NCBI GenBank assembly: GCA_963724765.1
Contig: CAVRVY010000001.1
Coordinates: forward strand, 288,001 to 352,000
Reading direction: 5' to 3'
DNA length: 64,000 nucleotides
Source of the DNA: an uncultured delta proteobacterium
GTDB lineage: Bacteria; Desulfobacterota; Binatia; Binatales; Binataceae
Shown here: piece after piece, positions 50,360 to 58,839 of the stretch
Numbering within the stretch: position 1 is the stretch's first letter
Layout: every line of letters begins with the position of its first letter
Translations under genes and position numbers: made by a program
The notes under the pieces: generated by a model
What the model saw: only the letters and a program-made list of their open reading frames with translations
Database searches by the model: none
Told to the model about the DNA's origin: nothing

Positions 50360-51423
50360 GTATCGAAGTCCATAATATCAGCAAACGGTTTGGCAGCTTC
50401 GTTGCTCTCGACGACGTAAGCCTGCGGATCGATAGCGGCGAGCTTATCGCGCTGCTGGGGCCGTCCGGATCGGGAAAGACCACACTGCTGCGTATTATTG
50501 CCGGGCTCGAGATTCCGGACTCGGGCACGGTTCATCTGGAGGGCGAGGAAGCCACCGGGCGCAGCGTGCGCGAGCGTGGCGTGGGTTTCGTCTTCCAGCA
50601 CTACGCGTTTTTCCGCCACATGACGGTTTTCGAAAACGTCGCCTTCGGACTGCGGGTCCGGCCAAGGAGCCGCCGGCCGCCGGAAACCGAAATTGGCGAA
50701 CGCGTCAACCAACTGCTCAAGCTGGTGCAACTCGAGTGGGCTGGCGGGCGCCTCCCGTCACAGCTCTCGGGTGGACAGCGTCAGCGGATCGCGCTGGCGC
50801 GGGCATTGGCAGTCGAGCCCAAGGTGTTGCTGCTCGACGAACCGTTCGGCGCGCTCGACGCGAAGGTTCGCGAGGAACTGCGGCGATGGCTCCGAAGGCT
50901 GCACCAGGACCTTCGCATAACCAGCGTCTTTGTCACGCACGATCAGGAAGAAGCGCTCGAACTGGCCAGCCGCGTCGTGGTGCTTAACCAGGGAAAGATC
51001 GAGCAGGTCGGAACCGCCGAGGAACTGTATCATCGCGCGGCCACGCCGTTCGTCTACGACTTCCTGGGTAACGTCAATCTTTTTCACGGCCGCGTGCGCG
51101 ACGGCAAGCTCTACGTTCGGGAAATGCCGATTCCGGTCAACGGCCAGGACCTGGCCGGCGCAAATGGCAAATCGGCCATGGTCTACGTGCGGCCGCATCT
51201 TCTGGATATTCGTCTGGAACCCAACGGTAAAGCCTCATTCCCGGCATCCATCACGCACATCCACGCCGCCGGCCCCAAGGTCAAGATCGAACTCAGCAGC
51301 CGCTGGGGCGATAGAGTACAGGTCGAGATCGATCATGATCGCTTCCGCGCGCTAGGACTGGAGTGCGGCGCGCAAGTCTATCTCAGCCCGCGCGAAAACA
51401 AGGTGTTCATCTACCAGATCTGA
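50356..51423 (+). CDS. cysA: Sulfate ABC transporter ATP-binding protein
   Basis: [38 protein letters not shown]. Confidence 0.96.
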   Translation: MSIEVHNISKRFGSFVALDDVSLRIDSGELIALLGPSGSGKTTLLRIIAGLEIPDSGTVHLEGEEATGRSVRERGVGFVFQHYAFFRHMTVFENVAFGLRVRPRSRRPPETEIGERVNQLLKLVQLEWAGGRLPSQLSGGQRQRIALARALAVEPKVLLLDEPFGALDAKVREELRRWLRRLHQDLRITSVFVTHDQEEALELASRVVVLNQGKIEQVGTAEELYHRAATPFVYDFLGNVNLFHGRVRDGKLYVREMPIPVNGQDLAGANGKSAMVYVRPHLLDIRLEPNGKASFPASITHIHAAGPKVKIELSSRWGDRVQVEIDHDRFRALGLECGAQVYLSPRENKVFIYQI

Positions 51424-51542
51424 GCCCGGCGCGAGTCGGCCTCGCCTTCTTCACTGCCACAATGCTCGCGCGGTCATATTATTCCAATCTCGGTCCTCTG
51501 GTAGCTCCGACTGAGCAATGATTCGGGCTTGCCTCGAGGGAC

Positions 51543-52700
51543 TCACGCCGCCGAGGGATGCGCAACGTTGCTGCCGATTATTACCGCTTGCGCGACACCC
51601 GACAGCGAGAGTCCGTAGCGTTCGATCCTGTCGTACAGCTTCTTACGGGAGATTTTCAGCAGACGTGCCGCTTGCACCTTGTTTCCGCCCGTACGCTCCA
51701 GCGCTTTGGCGATTGCGTCGCGTTCGAATTCGGCATAGCTGCCGGGGCTCTGGATCGACGGGGGTTCGGACGCCGCTATTGTCGACGAGAGGATCGCGCG
51801 TGGCGCGACTCGCCAGGCGTTCACGATCCTGGTTGGCAGATCGTCGAGCGTGACGGTCGACGAGGCGCCGAACGTGAAAGCCGATTCGATCGTGTTGCTG
51901 AGCTCGCGGACGTTGCCCGGCCAATCGTACGCCTGCAAGGCCGACATCGCGTCGGGCTCGATTCCTTCGACAGATCTTGTGGCCTGGCTGCGCCCGTTCA
52001 ACAGCTTCAGGAAATGCCAGGCCAGCGCCCCGATATCGTCTGACCGGTCTCTCAGCGGAGGAATTTCCAGCACGTTCACCTGCAGGCGATAGTAAAGGTC
52101 GGCGCGCAATTGTCCGGTACGGGCGGCTTCGGCCGGATCGCGATTGGTCGACGCTACAATGCGGACGTCGATTGGGATCTCGTGAGTGGCGCCGACAGGT
52201 CTCACGGCTCGTTCCTGGATCGCACGCAGCAGCTTGGCCTGGAGATCCGGGCTCATCTCCGTAATTTCGTCCAAAAAGACCGTGCCGCCGTCCGCGGCGC
52301 GCAGCAGTCCCGGATGATCCGTGTTTGCACCGCTGAAGGCCCCGCGGCGATAGCCGAACAATTCGCTCTCGACCAGATCTTTCGGAATCGCGGCGCAGTT
52401 AAGTGGAATGAACGATTGCCGCTGCGAGCCACCCGCATGGATGGCGCGCGCCACCAACTCCTTGCCGGTGCCGCTCTCGCCGACAATCAGGACCGTCGAG
52501 CGGGTGGCGGCGACGGCCTCGATCCGGCGATACAGACGCCGCATCGCAGCGTTCGATCCAACCAGCCCGTGAAACGGCTCGGTTGCTTCCGCCCTGATTG
52601 GCCCGGCGCCAGCGCCACTGAAGACCATGGGGCCGGCGGAGAAATTCCCGTCAAACAGCGGTCGTCGGTCTTCTGCAGCCGAAATTGTGTTGATAGCCAT
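51543..52700 (-). CDS. Sigma-54-dependent activator (AAA+ and Fis HTH), no N-terminal receiver
   Basis: GESGTGKE, ESELFG..RGAFSGA, FLDEI, WPGNVREL, GNKVQAARLL; start uncertain. Confidence 0.92.
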   Translation of the reverse strand: MAINTISAAEDRRPLFDGNFSAGPMVFSGAGAGPIRAEATEPFHGLVGSNAAMRRLYRRIEAVAATRSTVLIVGESGTGKELVARAIHAGGSQRQSFIPLNCAAIPKDLVESELFGYRRGAFSGANTDHPGLLRAADGGTVFLDEITEMSPDLQAKLLRAIQERAVRPVGATHEIPIDVRIVASTNRDPAEAARTGQLRADLYYRLQVNVLEIPPLRDRSDDIGALAWHFLKLLNGRSQATRSVEGIEPDAMSALQAYDWPGNVRELSNTIESAFTFGASSTVTLDDLPTRIVNAWRVAPRAILSSTIAASEPPSIQSPGSYAEFERDAIAKALERTGGNKVQAARLLKISRKKLYDRIERYGLSLSGVAQAVIIGSNVAHPSAA

Positions 52701-52712
52701 GCATCCCGAGGG

Positions 52713-52728
52713 AGCACACCGCGTGCCA
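52713..52728 (-). promoter_or_regulatory. Sigma-54 -24/-12 promoter TGGCACGCGGTGTGCT
   Basis: GG-N10-GC spacing, upstream of the activator gene. Confidence 0.7.
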
Positions 52729-52845
52729 TATGTTGCCTTTCGACGCAGCTTGCACATTTCGCTACAGCAGCTCGAGAACATGGGGCATCGTTGTCCCACG
52801 TGGGGAATGAAGTCCGCACAACACGATTGTAAATGAACAATCAGG

Positions 52846-54162
52846 ATGCGAACCTTCTGCCTCACTATGGCCGGGACGACTGAACATAAAGGACCGACTT
52901 TGCTGAGCGACCCAAAGAGCAGGGTGGTCCTCGCCTATTGCCTCGTCGCTTGCATATGGGTGCTCGTTTCCGAATTCCTCCTGCCGGCGCCCTACTCGCT
53001 GATAAACCGCCTCGTATTCGTCATGGTAACCGGAGCCGTGATGGCCTTGTTGCGTTGGCGTGGGCGGTCTGAAGTTCGCCAATACGCCGCGCAGCTACGA
53101 GAAAGCGATGTAATAGGGGGCGTCTATTTCGAGTCTGCCGGGCAAGGGATTCTGGTGGCGGCGGCCGACGGGAGGATACTACGCGCCAACGCCACCCTTG
53201 AGCAGATGTTTGGTTATGGGCACGGGGAACTCGAAGGGCGGCCGGTCGAAATCCTGGTGCCTAACCGCGTGCAAGCCAAGCACACGGCGAATCGCGAGAA
53301 CTACTTGAAGGCTCCGCGTTCGCGTCCGATGGGGATCGGGCTGGACCTTGCGGGACGGCGCAAGGATGGAAGCGAATTCCCGCTCGAGATCAGCCTCAAC
53401 TACGTCGCTCCAGAGCCCGGCAATCAGCTGGTCGTCTGCTTTGTCACGAATATCAGCGAACGCTTGGCGTTCGAGCGTCAGACAAGACAGGCCGAGACGC
53501 TGAACGCGCTCGGCGCTATCGCTGCCGGTATCGCTCATGACCTCAACAATCCATTGGCGATTATCTCCTCGCGCTCCGAACTGATGCTTTCGCTTGTGGA
53601 CACTGGAAACCCTGATCTGCGTCAGGACCTCGAAGTCCTGCGGCGCAACGCTGAGCGAGCGAGCCGCATCGCGACCGGCCTGTTGACGCTGGCGGCCCAG
53701 CGCTCCATCGAGCGTCAAGCCGTGAGCATCAATGATTTGGTCGAAGCGACCGTTCTTTTGATCGGCGGAGAATTTCGCAGATCCAATATCGAGGTCATCA
53801 CTTCGCTCGACCGCGATCTTCCAGCAGTTTTGGGCGATTCGACGGCGCTGCAGCGCGTGCTGATGAATCTGGTGATGAACGCGCGCGATGCGATGCCTTT
53901 GGGGGGCGAAATCCGCATTGTAAGCAGGCCCGCGCCGGACCAGGCCAGGATGCTGCAATTGTCCGTATCCGACACCGGCACCGGTATCCCCGCCGAGGTA
54001 TTACCCAAGCTGTTCGCCATCTTTTTCACCACCAAGGCGAGCGGAACGGGATTGGGGCTGTGGCTGGCGCATCGCACACTTCGCGAACATGGCGGCAAAA
54101 TTGAAGTCGAATCAGAACCGGGAAGGGGAACTAAATTTACTTTGACGCTACCGACGATGTAG
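52846..54162 (+). CDS. Membrane PAS sensor histidine kinase
   Basis: Two TM helices, PAS (RPMGIGLDLAGRRKDGSEFPLEISL), AHDLNNPL, NLVMNARDA, FFTTK..GTGLGL. Confidence 0.93.
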   Translation: MRTFCLTMAGTTEHKGPTLLSDPKSRVVLAYCLVACIWVLVSEFLLPAPYSLINRLVFVMVTGAVMALLRWRGRSEVRQYAAQLRESDVIGGVYFESAGQGILVAAADGRILRANATLEQMFGYGHGELEGRPVEILVPNRVQAKHTANRENYLKAPRSRPMGIGLDLAGRRKDGSEFPLEISLNYVAPEPGNQLVVCFVTNISERLAFERQTRQAETLNALGAIAAGIAHDLNNPLAIISSRSELMLSLVDTGNPDLRQDLEVLRRNAERASRIATGLLTLAAQRSIERQAVSINDLVEATVLLIGGEFRRSNIEVITSLDRDLPAVLGDSTALQRVLMNLVMNARDAMPLGGEIRIVSRPAPDQARMLQLSVSDTGTGIPAEVLPKLFAIFFTTKASGTGLGLWLAHRTLREHGGKIEVESEPGRGTKFTLTLPTM

Positions 54163-54170
54163 TCAGATGC

Positions 54171-54257
54171 CATGTTCTGATACCCATGTTTCTGATACCC
54201 ATGTTTCTGATACTCATGTTTCTGATACTCATGTTCTGATAGCCATGATCTGATTCC
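54171..54257 (+). repeat. Tandem array of six 14-15 bp units CATGTT(T)CTGATAC(C/T)
   Basis: Units start at 54171, 54185, 54200, 54215, 54230 and 54244 (last degenerate). Confidence 0.9.
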
Positions 54258-54262
54258 TTGGA

Positions 54263-54278
54263 TGGCATGCAGCTTGCT
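54263..54278 (+). promoter_or_regulatory. Sigma-54 -24/-12 promoter TGGCATGCAGCTTGCT
   Basis: Near-consensus match upstream of the receiver gene. Confidence 0.8.
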
Positions 54279-54301
54279 TTCCTGGGAAACGGGGCGAACG
54301 G

Positions 54302-54679
54302 ATGAGTTCTGAAGCCATCTTGATTGTCGACGACGAGACGGAGATGGCCGATACCTGCGCCAGGGTCCTGCGAGCCTTCGGCTTCAAATGTCTGGTGGCG
54401 TACGACAGCGCAAAGGCGTTCGCGCTGATCGATTCGGAAGGGCCTGCGCTGATCGTCTCGGACATCACCCTGCTCACCAGCGACGGGCTTGAAATAGTCC
54501 GATACGCTCATCAAAAGTCTCCCGAAATTCCGGTCGTCCTGATGACTGCATACCACACGCCGGATATAGCCCGTATCGCGCGCGCGGCTGGCGCCGCGGC
54601 CTACCTGCGCAAACCCTTTCCCAACGCTGAGTTGATTGCGACCGTGAAGTCGTTGCTCGACGGAGACGGCAAGGACTGA
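54302..54679 (+). CDS. Single-domain response regulator receiver
   Basis: ILIVDDE, VSDI, DGLE, VVLMTAY, YLRKPF. Confidence 0.9.
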   Translation: MSSEAILIVDDETEMADTCARVLRAFGFKCLVAYDSAKAFALIDSEGPALIVSDITLLTSDGLEIVRYAHQKSPEIPVVLMTAYHTPDIARIARAAGAAAYLRKPFPNAELIATVKSLLDGDGKD

Positions 54680-54761
54680 AAACGCTCCGACCGCGCGGCT
54701 CCTGAACTGACCATTCGAGCGACAAGTTTTTACCGAATACTCTGTCAGGCCGGCAAACCGA

Positions 54762-54910
54762 TTAGCGGATGCTGTGCTTGTTGAGCAGGCGATGCAGCGT
54801 CTTGCGGTCGACGCCCGCCTTGCGCGCGCCGCCTGCGATACGTTGCCACGTATGCGGCTTCGAGCTCGCCGCCGGCGTGGATTATCAAGTCAGGTCGCCC
54901 GCGAGCGTTA
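54762..54910 (-). pseudogene. Remnant C-terminal Fis-HTH of an NtrC-family regulator
   Basis: ELEAAY / GNVSQAAR / KAGVDRKTLHRLLNKHSIR* across deletions. Confidence 0.7.
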
Positions 54911-54927
54911 GCCATCGCGTTGCGCGG

Positions 54928-55221
54928 TCAGGACCCTTCTTCCTCTGATCTCTGGACTTCAGTAATGACCAGTGCGTCAACCTCGGGCTGTTCGCGCCCG
55001 CCCATCAGGTCGCGCAGATCGTCCGCGATCTGGCGCAGTTGCGTCGCGATTGCCGCCAGATCGGCGATTGCCTCGGCAATCGCGTAGATGGCGGCCGGCT
55101 TCCTGGCCGCAGAGGCCTTTCGCATGGCGGACAGCGCCTGGTTCATCTTCGCGCCCCGCTTTTCGGCCTTTACCGGGCTCTTTTTCGCCACCCGCTTCGT
55201 TTTTGGTTTTGGCTTTTTCAT
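54928..55221 (-). CDS. Small hypothetical protein with Lys-rich N-terminus
   Basis: GGGAG RBS; MKKPKPKTKRVAKKS; last gene of the co-oriented run. Confidence 0.65.
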   Translation of the reverse strand: MKKPKPKTKRVAKKSPVKAEKRGAKMNQALSAMRKASAARKPAAIYAIAEAIADLAAIATQLRQIADDLRDLMGGREQPEVDALVITEVQRSEEEGS

Positions 55222-55246
55222 AATTGATTCTCCCTTACGACGGCGG

Positions 55247-55849
55247 TCAGTGGCCCTTGCGGGTTTGCCCGGCCTTTTTTTCTTTCGGTTTTCGCCGCTC
55301 GAATTCCCAGGTGGCGAAAAGCGTCCCGTCATCGCTCCAATTGTAAGAGGTCCGTCCGCCGAAGACTTTCTTCAGCTCGTGCGCGATGCGGTGCGTCAGT
55401 TTTTGCGAGGTCGTCAGCACCTCGAGCGCCTTTTCGTCCTTGGAATCGATCGTATCGATCGAAACTATCCGCCGCTCCGGCTGAGTCGCCATAGCTCGGC
55501 GGGCGACGTTCTCGATACGGCTGCGGATGACGGCGCGGTTGGAGGCCAAACCGGATCCGCGAATGATTAGCCGCCCCTGGCCTTCCTGTTGGCTTACCTC
55601 ATCGCAGGCCGGACAGAATCCCCATTGCCGCCGCTCCAGCAGCTCATCGGTCAATTTATGATCGTGGCGCCAGGTCTTGTGCAGAAACACGGCGCCGCAT
55701 CGCGCGCAGACAGTGGGCTCCTTCGGTTGAGCCGTCTTGCGCACGACCTGGGGGCTCTTGTCGTCGCGGACTAAGCTTCGATTGAGGCTCCTGATCAGCC
55801 CGCGGGATTTCCTGGTGAGATTGCCAGGTGTCAAGTTTGAGTTTCGCAT
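55247..55849 (-). CDS. BCAM0308-like (NMD3-related) zinc-ribbon protein
   Basis: EPTVCARCGAVF...W, CPAC, VLTTSQKLTHRIA.ELKK.FGG. Confidence 0.8.
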   Translation of the reverse strand: MRNSNLTPGNLTRKSRGLIRSLNRSLVRDDKSPQVVRKTAQPKEPTVCARCGAVFLHKTWRHDHKLTDELLERRQWGFCPACDEVSQQEGQGRLIIRGSGLASNRAVIRSRIENVARRAMATQPERRIVSIDTIDSKDEKALEVLTTSQKLTHRIAHELKKVFGGRTSYNWSDDGTLFATWEFERRKPKEKKAGQTRKGH

Positions 55850-55939
55850 AAGTGCGGCTCATCCTCCGGATTGCGGTGCAATTACGGACGAACCACGCCG
55901 CCCGGCCATCGTCGAGCGGGGTGGCGGCCGTTTTCGGTT

Positions 55940-56437
55940 TCACGCGGCCTTTTTGGGACCATCGTCCTTCTTGGTCTCGTGGCCTTCGACCTCGATCTTG
56001 ACCTCTTTGGACGCCGCCTCCTTGGGCATCGTAGCAGTCAACTCGAGGATGCCGTCACGGTAGGTGGCCTTGAGGTCTTCGGCTTTTATTCCCTCCGGCA
56101 AGGACATCGACCGCTCGAACGATCCGTAGCGAATCTCGCGGCGATAGAAATCATTCTTCTTAGTTTCGGTCTGCTGCTCGCGCGAGCCTTTCACGCTAAG
56201 GATTCCGCCGGTGACCTTGATATCGACCTTCTTCGGATCGATGCCAGGCAGTTCCATCCGAACGGTGAACTTGTCGCTGTCGACGTAAGATTCGATCGCC
56301 GGTCGAAGCGTCGAAAACGACTCCCAATCTTTTAGGAATCCTCCGCGCTCGAGGCCGAATTTTTCGAGCAGGTCTTCGACCTCGTGACGAAACCGTTCCA
56401 GATCTCGAGATGGATTCCATCTCTCCAGCAATGACAC
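55940..56437 (-). CDS. Hsp20/alpha-crystallin small heat-shock protein
   Basis: RWNP, ELPGIDP, REIRYGSFERSMSLP, ATYRDGILE. Confidence 0.95.
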   Translation of the reverse strand: MSLLERWNPSRDLERFRHEVEDLLEKFGLERGGFLKDWESFSTLRPAIESYVDSDKFTVRMELPGIDPKKVDIKVTGGILSVKGSREQQTETKKNDFYRREIRYGSFERSMSLPEGIKAEDLKATYRDGILELTATMPKEAASKEVKIEVEGHETKKDDGPKKAA

Positions 56438-56501
56438 GATCCTTACCTCCTTTCTCTCGGTGGTCTTGTTTTATCCGCGTCCACGTCCATGAGATCTGCC
56501 C

Positions 56502-57812
56502 TCACAGGTAGCCAAGCTCTGTGCCCCTTTGGCGAAGGTGATCCCTGAACTTTGGATGCGCGATCGCGATAAGCGCTTGCGCCCTTTGCGGGCTGGATTT
56601 GCCGCGCATGTTGGCTACGCCGTACTCGGTAACGATGTATTGGGTATCGGCGCGCGGATCGGTAGCCGGTCCTTCGATCTGCGGCACGATGCGCGAAACT
56701 GTGCCGCCCGCGGCGGTCGAATAGGCCGCCAGAATCGATTTGCCTTCCCTGGAGAGCTGCGCGCCCCGTACAAAATCCAACTGTCCTCCCGGAGCACTGT
56801 ACTGCCTGCCGTTCACGGTTTCCGAATTGATCTCACCGTCCAGGCTGACCTGCAGGAAGGCATTTATGGAAACCACGCGGTCATTGCGGCCGATGACGTA
56901 AGGATCATTTACGTAGTCGACCGGATATACTTCCATGCTCGAATTGTCATGCAGGAACTCGTAGAGCGTCGCATTGCCTGCCGCCAGCGTATAGACGTTC
57001 TTGTACCTGTTGATATTCTTGTACTTGTTGGTTACCGCACCTGACTGTATAAGTGCGGCCACCGGCGACGTCATCAGTTCCGTGTGGAGACCGAGGTCCT
57101 TGTGGTTCGTCAGTGCGCTGCATACGGCGTTCGGCACGCCGCCGACGCCGATCTGCAAAGTGGCGCGGTCAGGAACCAGCTCGACGATGTGTTTGCTGAT
57201 GGTGCGATCGAGCTCAGTGACCGGGCGAACCGGCAATTCGGTCAGCACGCTTTCATGCTCGACGATCGCGGCCACTTCAGAGATGTGCACCGATGAATCG
57301 CCGAATACACGCGGCATCCGCGGATTCACCTCGACGATCAGCCGCCTGGCGTTGCGTGCGGTCGGAATCGTGTAGTCACCGTTAGTGCCGCAACTGAAGA
57401 ATCCGCCCTTGTCCATCGGCGCGACCATCACCACGAAGGCGTCGATCCCGATCTCGGCCAGAATCCGGGGCATGCCGCTGAAATTGCCCGGCATATAGAA
57501 CAAGACCTGGCGGTTTTCCTCGAGGCCGCGCCGCGCCAGCTCTCTTTCAACAACGGTCGGAAAAAAGGGATGCGGCTTGATGACGTCCATGTATTCATAC
57601 TTCAGGATCGTCATCATCGCGGCCGGCGCGGAATGTGAATAATAGACTCGCAGATTTTCGATCTCGCTCGCTTTGATCCGGCTCTCCAGCGCCTGCAATA
57701 GCGCCGGCGGTTCACTGATCGCCATCCCCATCGACAGCGTGCCGCGCGCGGGTACGAGCCGCACTGCCGCCTCGGCCGTCATCAGTTTCGATTTGTATTC
57801 CGCCTCGTACAA
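56502..57812 (-). CDS. Acetyl-CoA hydrolase/4-hydroxybutyrate CoA-transferase family
   Basis: EVNPRMPRVFG, TLQIGVGGVPNAV, DLGLHTE, GGQLDFVRGA, IVTEYG. Confidence 0.92.
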   Translation of the reverse strand: MYEAEYKSKLMTAEAAVRLVPARGTLSMGMAISEPPALLQALESRIKASEIENLRVYYSHSAPAAMMTILKYEYMDVIKPHPFFPTVVERELARRGLEENRQVLFYMPGNFSGMPRILAEIGIDAFVVMVAPMDKGGFFSCGTNGDYTIPTARNARRLIVEVNPRMPRVFGDSSVHISEVAAIVEHESVLTELPVRPVTELDRTISKHIVELVPDRATLQIGVGGVPNAVCSALTNHKDLGLHTELMTSPVAALIQSGAVTNKYKNINRYKNVYTLAAGNATLYEFLHDNSSMEVYPVDYVNDPYVIGRNDRVVSINAFLQVSLDGEINSETVNGRQYSAPGGQLDFVRGAQLSREGKSILAAYSTAAGGTVSRIVPQIEGPATDPRADTQYIVTEYGVANMRGKSSPQRAQALIAIAHPKFRDHLRQRGTELGYL

Positions 57813-57836
57813 AAGTCCGCCTCTTCGGATGCTCGC

Positions 57837-58445
57837 TTACAGATGGATCGAAAGCACCTTGTAATTCTTCTCGGTCAGCAGCCGGGCGACGCGATTAGCG
57901 TCGGCGGAGCGCAGGCGCAGGTAAACCACCTTGCGGCTGCCCTCCTTCCTCTCGTCCTGATAGGCGCCCGTTCCAAGAATTTCGCCGTTCTGCTGAGCCA
58001 CCAGTTGCACGACCATCGCAAGTTCCGAGGAATCTCCATCGAGCGACAGATCGATGCGTGCGACCCCCTCCTGAGTGGTGCCCAGGACCTCGGCAAACGC
58101 CCGCAGCAGGTCCGTAGCGGTGATGATGCCGACGACCTTGCCTCGGTCGACTACTGGCATTCCGCCGATCCTATGCTTGACCAGCAGATTGGCTGCTTCT
58201 TCGAGCATAGTCGTGGGAGTGACGCTCACCACCCGCTTGGTCATGGCGCCATTGACTTTCACGTCCTCGAGCGATCCGATGTGCTGGCGCAGGTCGCGGT
58301 CGCTGACGATCCCGACCAGCTTGCCGCCATCCACGACCGGTACGCGATGGAAATTTCCCTCGTCCATTTTCCGCCGAACGCTCGCAAGTCTTTCTTTTGA
58401 TTCGGCAACGGCCGGGTTTTTGGTCATCCAACGGGCTACGTCCAT
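57837..58445 (-). CDS. CBS-domain protein (AcuB-like, possible C-terminal ACT)
   Basis: Two CBS repeats (VPVVDGGKLVGIVSDRDL; MPVVDRGKVVGIITATDLL). Confidence 0.9.
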   Translation of the reverse strand: MDVARWMTKNPAVAESKERLASVRRKMDEGNFHRVPVVDGGKLVGIVSDRDLRQHIGSLEDVKVNGAMTKRVVSVTPTTMLEEAANLLVKHRIGGMPVVDRGKVVGIITATDLLRAFAEVLGTTQEGVARIDLSLDGDSSELAMVVQLVAQQNGEILGTGAYQDERKEGSRKVVYLRLRSADANRVARLLTEKNYKVLSIHL

Positions 58446-58490
58446 GTATCTCTTCCTCTGGAATAAAGGCGTTTCTTCGCCATCGGACGG

Positions 58491-58506
58491 AGCATAACGC
58501 ATGCCA
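58491..58506 (-). promoter_or_regulatory. Sigma-54 -24/-12 promoter TGGCATGCGTTATGCT
   Basis: GG-N10-GC, 46 bp upstream of the CBS gene start. Confidence 0.75.
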
Positions 58507-58839
58507 CCGGAAAGCCATGGAAAGCATTTGCGGGTGCGCGAAGCTGGCTGTGCCGAACAGATGCATCGATGGCGAAATGTGATTCCACAGGGAGCACCGC
58601 GACACGACCTTTGCGCAGAGATGGGTTTTTTCTGAAGCAGACCCACCGGCCCGTGAGCAAGTCTCGCGCGTCGCCCGCGGACCGGTCGCATCCTCCCGCC
58701 GGTCGGATTCCTCGCGAAGGATGCGCCTAATGTTGTGCGCTATCTATAGCGGTGGCCGTCCGAAATAGTAGTGGCGCGTCCGAAAATGTCCACGCCATAA
58801 TTGCCGGGCGATAATTGCGGGGCGAAGGCAACCTGCCGA

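Noticed and set aside
54171-54257. Possible CRISPR array
   Set aside because: Units are adjacent 14-15-mers with no unique spacers, and no cas genes are present.
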